Shown piece by piece: positions 9,201-14,280 of a DNA stretch of 14,280 nucleotides (position 1 is the first letter of the stretch; each line of letters opens with the position of its first letter). This DNA comes from Elusimicrobiales bacterium (GTDB lineage: Bacteria > Elusimicrobiota > Elusimicrobia > Elusimicrobiales > UBA9959), in the NCBI GenBank assembly GCA_049972095.1, contig JBMFKQ010000038.1, forward strand, positions 1 to 14,280, written 5' to 3'. The translations under genes were made by a program, and so were the position numbers. The notes below the pieces were generated by a model that searched no databases, had not been told where the DNA came from, and saw only the letters and a program-made list of their open reading frames with translations.

Positions 9201-9835
9201 GTCTTGATCATGTCCTTGCATCTGGAAGAAATGTTAAGCTTCTTGTTCTTGATACAGAGGTTTATTCAAACACCGGCGGGCAAATGTCAAAATCAACCCC
9301 TCTTGGTGCAGTAGCACAGTTTGCTGCGGGTGGTAAGCCAATGCCAAAAAAAGAATTGGGCATGCTTGCAATGACATATGGGAATGTTTATGTTGCACAG
9401 ATTGCAATGGGCGCAAATATGCAGCAAGCAATAAATGCATTTAAAGAGGCAGAGGAGTATAATGGCCCTGCCTTGATAATTGCATATTCACACTGTATAG
9501 CACATGGAATATCTATGAATGAAGGTATGAATGAACAAAAAAAAGCAGTTGCATGTGGTAGATGGATACTTTATAGGTTTAATCCAAGATTAAGGAGAGA
9601 GGGAAAGAATCCTCTTATCATAGACAGCCCTACAAAGCCGTCCATTTCACTTAAAGATTATCTTATGGGAGAGATAAGGTTTCGTTCACTTTTTGATTCT
9701 AAACCTGATATTGCTGAAAAACTTGCAAAGCTTGCGGAGGAGGAATATAGATGGAGGCTATCTGTCTATGAACAGATAGCAAAGATGAACTGTAGTATTC
9801 CATCTGATAATAAGGCTGAAGCTACAGTAAGATAA
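6233..9835 (+). CDS. nifJ: Pyruvate:ferredoxin (flavodoxin) oxidoreductase, single-chain type
   Basis: 1200 aa; YPITPS, EMQSEGGAAGAVHG, GLGSDGTVGANKN; two ferredoxin motifs CIQCGICSFVCP and CTGCGTCVYNCP; FSGACAGCGE; TPP-binding GGDGWAYDIG...EVYSNTGGQ. Confidence 0.97.
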   Translation: MEKYKKVVMDGNTATAYVAHATNEVIAIYPITPSSVMGELSDLKSANGEKNIWGTIPTVVEMQSEGGAAGAVHGALTTGALTTTFTASQGLLLMIPNMYKIAGELTSTVFHVSARAVATHALSIFGDHSDVMATRQTGWALLASSNPQEAQDFALIAQRATLESRVPFLHFFDGFRTSHELNIVELLSFDDMRKFLPDRLIMEHRKRALDPERPTMRGTAQNPDVFFQGREAVNRFYLNLPSIMRDVFDEFYKLTGRRYDLFEYVGAADAKRVIVIMASGCDVVEETVKYLNKNSKEKVGVVKVKLYRPFSVDDFLRVLPRGVKRIAVMDRTKEAGAGGEPLYLDVVDAVVKGYKNGVIKRMPLVIGGRYGLGSKEFNPAMAKAVFDNLALDNPKNNFTVGIIDDVTNTSLEWDENFDIEPSTTFRALFYGLGSDGTVGANKNTIKIISEEAGKYAQGYFVYDSKKAGSLTISHVRFGQDYIRAPYLITKANFIGCHQFSFLDKYDMIDKLIDKGVFLLNSPFKASEVWERIPSHVQQLIIKKKARFYVINASEIAKKVGMGSRINVIMQTAFFAISGVLPKDEAIKAIKESIKKTYIRKGMDVVEKNWKAVDVAVESIEEVKYPQEVTSAIAFNPCRITDDMPEFVKNVTCEMISYRGDRIPVSKFPVDGTYPTATTQYEKRNIALEVPVWEPDFCIQCGICSFVCPHAAIRLKAYDETQLKGAPSTFKYTDGKGELKGLKFTVQVSVEDCTGCGTCVYNCPAKEKKDGKETGRKAINMHPQIPLRETERKNWDFFLKIKERGSQITNRFTVKGSQLVMPLFEFSGACAGCGEATYIKLLTQLFGDHIAIANATGCSSIYGGNLPTTPYCKREDGKGPVWSNSLFEDNAEFGFGMRLTYDKLYEYAMELLKELSSKLPSNLSHEILSAKQDSWLDIERQRGRVSELKKELEKIDDDKAKRLLSIADYLIKKSVWIVGGDGWAYDIGYGGLDHVLASGRNVKLLVLDTEVYSNTGGQMSKSTPLGAVAQFAAGGKPMPKKELGMLAMTYGNVYVAQIAMGANMQQAINAFKEAEEYNGPALIIAYSHCIAHGISMNEGMNEQKKAVACGRWILYRFNPRLRREGKNPLIIDSPTKPSISLKDYLMGEIRFRSLFDSKPDIAEKLAKLAEEEYRWRLSVYEQIAKMNCSIPSDNKAEATVR

Positions 9836-9898
9836 AAGGATGTATTATTATCAGCGAAGCTTGCCGACTTTAGCTCGCATCTTTACTCTAATTCTCTT

Positions 9899-10831
9899 TT
9901 ATTTTTTAAGTTTTCTGTATATCTCTTTTTCCTGAGGAGTTAAAACCTGGGGGATATCTATTATTGTTTTTATGAAGAGATCACCCCTTGTTCCATCAGG
10001 CTTATAAAGCCCATGATTTCTTACTCTCAATTTGGTAGCTGTGTGAGTCATAGGTGGAACCTTTATTTTTATTAATCCGCCCTCCGGTGATGGGATTTCT
10101 ATCTCGTCACCCAAAACTGCTTGTTCAGGATAAATCCTTGCCTCGGTGTATATATCATAATCCTGAACATAGAATTTGCTATCTTGAAGTATGTTGATCT
10201 TGATATAAAGATCCCCAGTTCTAATGCCTGATCTAAGTCCCTGTCCTTTAAGTCTTATGGTTGAGCCATTTTTTATACCTTTTGGTATCTTAACATCTAT
10301 TTCTTTAGTCTGATTACCTATACGTAAAGTGAGTTTTTTGACTGAAGGATTAAGAATATCATAGAGTGTTAAATTCATCTCTGAGCTTACATCAAGTCTG
10401 TGGCGTTTTCCCAGACTTTCAAATGTATCCTCATCATCAAATATGTTCCTAAAAGAGCCTCTTTCTTTGCTTGAAAAAAAACTAAAGTTACCGAAAAGCA
10501 TTTTGAAAAAATCACTGAAACCCTCAAAGTTTGAAAAATCACCAGATGTGTAAAATTTAAAGCTTGAGCCTGAAAAATCAGGCGGTGGCTCGAAATTCTG
10601 ACCATGTTGCCAGTTAGGGCCAAGGCTGTCGTAAAGTCTCTTTTTTTGAGGGTCTGATAGCACCTCATATGCTTCGTTTATCTCCTTGAATTTGGCTTCC
10701 GCCTCTTTGTTTCCTGGATTTTTATCAGGATGATATTTCATTGCAAGTTTTCTAAAAGCGGATTTTATTTCATCTTGAGTTGCATCTCTTGAAACCCCGA
10801 GAATCTGGTAATAATCCTTATATTCTGCCAT
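9899..10831 (-). CDS. J-domain chaperone, class II/CbpA-like (no zinc finger)
   Basis: KDYYQILGV...YHPDKN J domain; G/F-rich linker (FSDFF); DnaJ C-terminal domain (VKIPKG, GDLY); no CxxCxGxG motifs; GGGAGG RBS upstream. Confidence 0.93.
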   Translation of the reverse strand: MAEYKDYYQILGVSRDATQDEIKSAFRKLAMKYHPDKNPGNKEAEAKFKEINEAYEVLSDPQKKRLYDSLGPNWQHGQNFEPPPDFSGSSFKFYTSGDFSNFEGFSDFFKMLFGNFSFFSSKERGSFRNIFDDEDTFESLGKRHRLDVSSEMNLTLYDILNPSVKKLTLRIGNQTKEIDVKIPKGIKNGSTIRLKGQGLRSGIRTGDLYIKINILQDSKFYVQDYDIYTEARIYPEQAVLGDEIEIPSPEGGLIKIKVPPMTHTATKLRVRNHGLYKPDGTRGDLFIKTIIDIPQVLTPQEKEIYRKLKK

Positions 10832-10853
10832 AAAACCTCCCTTTCAAGGAGAT

Positions 10854-11048
10854 TTAAGAGCCCTTATTTTTCTCTTCTTTTATTATTTTAAAAAGAAGCA
10901 TTGAGTTAAATATTAGAAAGTACAAAAGTAATATTCTGTCCCAAGAATGTTCTGATATGTTTTTTGAAAAAAGTGGTAGTATTTTAGACATAAACGCAAC
11001 CAGCACAGTGTTTATGATAAAGATCTTTATATATTTATTTGTTTTCAT
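10854..11048 (-). CDS. Small hypothetical membrane protein with two hydrophobic segments
   Basis: 64-aa ORF filling the gap between co-oriented genes, overlapping the upstream stop; two hydrophobic stretches and a charged tail. Confidence 0.55.
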   Translation of the reverse strand: MKTNKYIKIFIINTVLVAFMSKILPLFSKNISEHSWDRILLLYFLIFNSMLLFKIIKEEKNKGS

Positions 11049-11388
11049 AGATTATGCGCAAGTCCCTAAATATCATTATGTAGCCTATATGATTCATATT
11101 AGAGTCTTTTAACTGCATTGAGCTGTATCCAAGTGTTAGATTGAAGTTTGATTGGACTATTTTAATCTCTGCTCTTTGTACGGTTCTGTTGCTGATAATC
11201 ATTTCATCAATAACACCAACAAGCTGTGGTATTGAGGAAAGTGATTTTCGATAATCTGTATTTTCAATAGGATGTGGTAGATGAAGTATTTTTTTCGCCA
11301 TTGGATTGAGATAGATTATTCTGCCATCTTTTGAAAATGCTATTATACCGCTTGATAGACTTTCAAGAATGTTTCTGTATATCTCCAT
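11035..11388 (-). CDS. Stand-alone PAS-domain protein
   Basis: ILESLSSGIIAFSKDGRIIYLNPMAKKIL at the start and LKDSNMNHIGYIMIFRDL at the end match sensor-kinase-type PAS domains; no output domain. Confidence 0.85.
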   Translation of the reverse strand: MEIYRNILESLSSGIIAFSKDGRIIYLNPMAKKILHLPHPIENTDYRKSLSSIPQLVGVIDEMIISNRTVQRAEIKIVQSNFNLTLGYSSMQLKDSNMNHIGYIMIFRDLRIIYENK

Positions 11389-11401
11389 AAATATATTTTA
11401 T

Positions 11402-11911
11402 TTAATTTTTAATGACCTTTGGTGTAAATTTTATTTTTAAACCTTCAAGATTCCTGATGTTATTATAAGATGAGTGTGTTGAAGGAACTGCTATTATTAT
11501 ATTTTTTGATTCTGAAGGAAGGATAGGTTCATCATAATAAAAATTATCTGAGAACAACTCCTGTTCTGTTAATGGGTTTATAATATGTATCTGACCGGAG
11601 ATAAATTTTACTGGGTTTAGGGTGTTATTTTTTAGAAGAGCCTCTATCTTAACTACTCCTTTAACCTTTGTTTCAACGACCTCTTTTGATATGAATTTTA
11701 TCTCAAACTCATCAGTTTTTTGTAATTCACTGATCTTTTTTTCAAGTGTTATAACCTTCTTTTCTAAAACTTCAATTTTCTTTTCAAGAAGTGTTAATTT
11801 TTTTTCAAGTAAGGTTGGATTTCTTTTATTTTGTTTTCTTTGAGCAAAAGTATAAGAGGAAGTGATTAAAAAAGACATCATTAAGAACAATGGTAAAAGA
11901 ATCTTTTTCAT
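11402..11911 (-). CDS. Secreted protein with a heptad-repeat coiled coil and a C-terminal FxLYD-like beta domain
   Basis: Signal peptide MKKILLPLFLMMSFLITSSYTFA; (LEKKxxx)4; C-terminal pattern LKNNTLNPVKFISGQIHI...ILPSESKNI. Confidence 0.75.
   Translation of the reverse strand: MKKILLPLFLMMSFLITSSYTFAQRKQNKRNPTLLEKKLTLLEKKIEVLEKKVITLEKKISELQKTDEFEIKFISKEVVETKVKGVVKIEALLKNNTLNPVKFISGQIHIINPLTEQELFSDNFYYDEPILPSESKNIIIAVPSTHSSYNNIRNLEGLKIKFTPKVIKN
11726..11809 (-). repeat. Four degenerate 21-bp (7-aa) coding repeats
   Basis: LEKKLTL-LEKKIEV-LEKKVIT-LEKKISE. Confidence 0.75.
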
Positions 11912-11944
11912 AGTTCTATTTTACAAATTTTATAGAATTTAGCT
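11912..11944. promoter_or_regulatory. Compact bidirectional promoter; both genes are probably leaderless
   Basis: 33-bp divergent gap. Plus-strand TAGAAT (11933-11938) is 6 nt before ATG 11945, and minus-strand TAAAAT (11923-11918) is 6 nt before ATG 11911. No SD on either side. Confidence 0.55.
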
Positions 11945-13198
11945 ATGGCTTATGAAGGAACTTCAATAAAAAATGTCTTTTCTGTTTCAAACTACAGATA
12001 TTATTTTACAGCTCAGACATTTTCTCTCATAGGGACATGGATGTATTCCACAGCAATGAGCTGGCTTGTGTGGAGAATAACAGGCTCTGCAACGATAGTT
12101 GGTAGTGTTGGTTTTATAGGTAGGATTCCTGCACTTGTATTTAGCTATCCTGCTGGTGTTGTTGCGGATAGAGTTGATATAAAAAAAGCTCTTTATATAA
12201 CTCAATCTTTTACAATGATACTTGCATTTATTATTGCTGTTTTAACCCTGAGTGGAAGTGTTAAAATATGGCATGTAATCTCTGTTAGTTTTATGCTTGG
12301 GGTTCTTGGTTCTTTTGATATGCCTTTTCGACAAAGCTTTATTATGCAAATAGTTCCAAGAAAACTTCTTCATAGCGCAATAGCACTTAATTCTGTAATG
12401 TTTAATGTGTCAAGAATAATAGGTTCTACAATTGCTGGTTTTGTTGTAAAGTATGCTGGCGAGGGTTGGTGTTTTCTTATCAATGCTTTAAGCTATTTTG
12501 CAATACTCTTTGCCCTTGCAAAAATAAAAACTCTTGAAAAAGTGAGAGAGAAAGAAAAGGATTTTTTAAAATCTTTTATTGATGGTATATCATACATAAA
12601 AAACACACCATATATAAAATATCCTATACTTCATATGTTTCTTCTCAGTTTTGTAATAATGCCGGTTATAACAATGATGCCCGTTTATGTAAAAAAGATG
12701 AATGGTGATGCAAGAACTTTGGGATTTTTTATGTCATGTATAGGTATTGGTGCGATTCTTGGAGGATTGTCTTTGGCATCTAAATCAAAGGCTAATAAAT
12801 ATACAAAAATGGTTAATCTATTTTCTACACTTTATGGTGTATCATTATTTTTGTTATCTGTTTCAAGGAATATTTATTTTTCCTGTTTTTTCCTTTTACT
12901 TACAGGGATATCTTCTTCACGTCAGGTGGTTGGGATTAATACCATAATCCAATCACTTGTATCAGAGGATATGAGGGGGAGAGTTGTAAGTATTTATTCT
13001 TTGAGCTTTATAGGGCTTGGGCCATTTGGAAATCTTATATGGGGATATATAAGTGCTAAATATACAATAGATACAACACTTTTGTTATCCTCACTATGGG
13101 TTATTTCTTCAAATCTTATTTTTTATATTAATATGCTAAATGTTAAAAAAAGGCTTTTTATTTCAGAAGAGAAAAAACCAGAATATGATATCCTATGA
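11945..13198 (+). CDS. MFS transporter (MFS_3/DHA3-like)
   Basis: 417 aa with about 12 hydrophobic segments; NYRYYFTAQTFSLIGTWM, AGVVADRVD, FDMPFRQS, AIALNSVMFNVSRIIG, MRGRVVSIY. Confidence 0.92.
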   Translation: MAYEGTSIKNVFSVSNYRYYFTAQTFSLIGTWMYSTAMSWLVWRITGSATIVGSVGFIGRIPALVFSYPAGVVADRVDIKKALYITQSFTMILAFIIAVLTLSGSVKIWHVISVSFMLGVLGSFDMPFRQSFIMQIVPRKLLHSAIALNSVMFNVSRIIGSTIAGFVVKYAGEGWCFLINALSYFAILFALAKIKTLEKVREKEKDFLKSFIDGISYIKNTPYIKYPILHMFLLSFVIMPVITMMPVYVKKMNGDARTLGFFMSCIGIGAILGGLSLASKSKANKYTKMVNLFSTLYGVSLFLLSVSRNIYFSCFFLLLTGISSSRQVVGINTIIQSLVSEDMRGRVVSIYSLSFIGLGPFGNLIWGYISAKYTIDTTLLLSSLWVISSNLIFYINMLNVKKRLFISEEKKPEYDIL

Positions 13199-13254
13199 AT
13201 AACATCCAGATCGTTTTATGTCTCATCTTTCACATCTCACTTCTCCCATTGATA

Positions 13255-13284
13255 TTGATTTTGATGTTCTAAATTTGCTATAAA
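13255..13284 (+). promoter_or_regulatory. Putative tRNA promoter
   Basis: TTGATT (13255-13260), 18-bp spacer, TATAAA (13279-13284) preceded by TGn. Confidence 0.45.
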
Positions 13285-13298
13285 AACTATTGTATAGT

Positions 13299-13370
13299 TC
13301 CCCGGTAGCTCAATGGTGGAGCGGTCGGCTGTTAACCGATAGGTTGCAGGTTCGAGTCCTGCCCGGGGAG
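13299..13370 (+). tRNA. tRNA-Asn (GTT); CCA not encoded
   Basis: Acceptor stem TCCCCGG/CCGGGGA with discriminator G; D arm GCTC...GAGC; anticodon arm GTCGG-CT-GTT-AA-CCGAT (anticodon 13331-13333); T arm GCAGG-TTCGAGT-CCTGC. Confidence 0.98.
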
Positions 13371-13396
13371 TTTCTTGCTTTTCTTTCCAGTAGTAA

Positions 13397-13537
13397 GCCA
13401 ACGACTTGGCGCGCGTCAGGGCTAGAAAGCCCGCAAGCAAAACATATGCAATTTAGTTTTGTGAGGGGGGACTTGCGAAAAATTTTGCAGTGAGCAAAAT
13501 TTATTTGTAGGCAAGTCCTGCCAGAGTAGCTTCTTGC
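13397..13537. repeat. Structured multi-hairpin unit ending in a degenerate direct repeat of the tRNA 3' end (att-like)
   Basis: 13514-13537 matches 13355-13378 at 20/24 nt. Stems: GCCAA/TTGGC, GGGCT/AGCCC, CAAAAC/GTTTTG, AAATTTTGC/GCAAAATTT, GGACTTGC/GCAAGTCC. Confidence 0.7.
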
Positions 13538-13689
13538 CCATGAGCAAAACTCGATGCGGTTATTTATCGGTTAGATTTAAATAAATAATATTACAAACTT
13601 ACAAGACTTTCTTACAAATGCAGGCTTAGCCCATTCATTTATTCATCAACTTTTCTGTCAAGCCAAGGGCATCAAAAAACTTTTTATCT

Positions 13690-13761
13690 CTAACTTACTT
13701 CAATTATCCTTATCTCTTCCTCTGTTAAATTATAAAGTTTATAAACCAGCTGGTCAATTTG
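13690..13761 (-). pseudogene. C-terminal remnant of a Type IIG-like restriction-modification/N6-adenine methyltransferase gene
   Basis: Minus strand translates QIDQLVYKLYNLTEEEIRIIEVS*, matching the IDxLVYxLYxLTEEEIxIIE tail typical of these enzymes; there is an in-frame stop a few codons upstream. Confidence 0.8.
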
Positions 13762-13776
13762 GGGGCGTATTGGCAC

Positions 13777-13799
13777 AGGGCTATTAATCAATTGCCCTT
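13777..13799 (-). terminator. Hairpin just downstream of the 13808-14101 gene
   Basis: AGGGC-TATTAATCAATT-GCCCT inverted repeat; lacks a U-tract. Confidence 0.3.
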
Positions 13800-13807
13800 A
13801 CATCGGA

Positions 13808-14101
13808 CTATCTATAAAAAATTGAAATTGAAGAAACAGTATCTTTAAAATATCTATCTAAATACCCAATAAAAGCTGACAGAAGTTGCCATTCCTGGTC
13901 TACTTTTTTACTCTGAACTTTTACGACTAAAATTTCACCCTTTGAAAAACTTAAATTTATCCAACCGGGATATCTTACATGAGTCCATTTGTTTTTTTTC
14001 TTAACAACAAACGAACCCTTCCCTCTTAATTCCTTGGATTTGCTTTTAAATGAACTCTTAAATTTTTTACCACTTACTGGAATAACTGTTACAAATTTCA
14101 T
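13808..14101 (-). CDS. Small basic hypothetical protein (97 aa)
   Basis: Strong RBS AAAGGGAGGT precedes ATG 14101, which is preferred over the non-ATG start at 14146; extended -10 TGATATAAT on the minus strand at 14135-14127; motif-like segments KWTHVRYPGWINL and EWQLLSAFIGYLDRYF. Confidence 0.8.
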   Translation of the reverse strand: MKFVTVIPVSGKKFKSSFKSKSKELRGKGSFVVKKKNKWTHVRYPGWINLSFSKGEILVVKVQSKKVDQEWQLLSAFIGYLDRYFKDTVSSISIFYR

Positions 14102-14161
14102 AACACACCTCCCTTTTGATTTTTCCATTATATCAAATTTATCCAATAGTTAGTACTCCTC

Positions 14162-14234
14162 GCATTAGATAATAATTTTTGTCATCGAAACCTCTGGATT
14201 AGGTATAACTAATCTTAGGAGGTATTTTATGATG
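14162..14234 (+). mobile_element. Second copy of the element end, with a single repeat unit
   Basis: Reverse complement of 1-107 with one 34-bp unit missing; contains hairpin 14190-14223 and AGGAGG 14217-14222. Confidence 0.55.
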
Positions 14235-14280
14235 GAGGCGTTTGATATGAAATTACTAAAAGAATACTGTGGTAAGTATA
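14229..14280 (+). CDS. 5' start of an ORF truncated by the window edge (MMEAFDMKLLKEYCGKY...); possibly the element's transposase
   Basis: AGGAGG 6 nt upstream of ATG 14229; frame open to the edge; the same start is present at the left edge on the minus strand. Confidence 0.55.
   Translation, partial: MMEAFDMKLLKEYCGKY

Noticed and set aside
9785..9835. Oxygen-protective C-terminal extension like that of Desulfovibrio africanus PFOR
   Set aside because: The tail is short and has only one Cys, so the disulfide-bearing extension is not supported.
431..12947. Short ORFs nested in or antisense to long genes (431-637, 3573-3773, 3861-4244, 4777-4965, 8181-8381, 8453-8776, 9234-9440, 10387-10668, 11622-11843, 11987-12205, 12747-12947)
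   Set aside because: Shadow frames of well-supported CDSs with no recognisable motifs.
13371..13373. tRNA pseudogene because CCA is missing
   Set aside because: Many bacteria add CCA post-transcriptionally, and the cloverleaf is intact.
13237..13493. ORFs 13237-13440 (-) and 13290-13493 (+)
   Set aside because: Both overlap tRNA-Asn and are translations of the tRNA and the adjacent structured DNA.
14102..14146. N-terminal 15 aa of the 112-aa ORF call
   Set aside because: This stretch contains the gene's own -10 box and RBS; ATG 14101 is the better start.

Overview
AT-rich bacterial DNA, probably from a diderm anaerobe (inferred from the TolC-type outer-membrane factor and PFOR). The core genes are: an RND tripartite efflux operon (165-5985); a single-chain pyruvate:ferredoxin/flavodoxin oxidoreductase (6233-9835); a minus-strand cluster encoding a secreted coiled-coil protein, a stand-alone PAS protein, a small membrane protein and a CbpA-like J-domain chaperone (9899-11911); an MFS transporter; and tRNA-Asn(GTT). 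The efflux operon is unusual in two ways: a TetR regulator is fused in frame, through a signal-peptide-like segment, to the TolC-family channel, and the periplasmic adaptor lacks the alpha-helical hairpin. Downstream of the tRNA is a decayed accessory zone containing a highly structured ~160-bp unit closed by a degenerate copy of the tRNA 3' end, C-terminal remnant(s) of Type IIG-like restriction-modification genes, and a small basic hypothetical gene. The window is bracketed by inverted copies of one element end (1-107 and 14162-14234). Each copy has an RBS-sequestering hairpin and the start of an outward-pointing ORF, and the two copies differ by a 34-bp repeat unit. All family assignments come from motif recognition; no database search was run.
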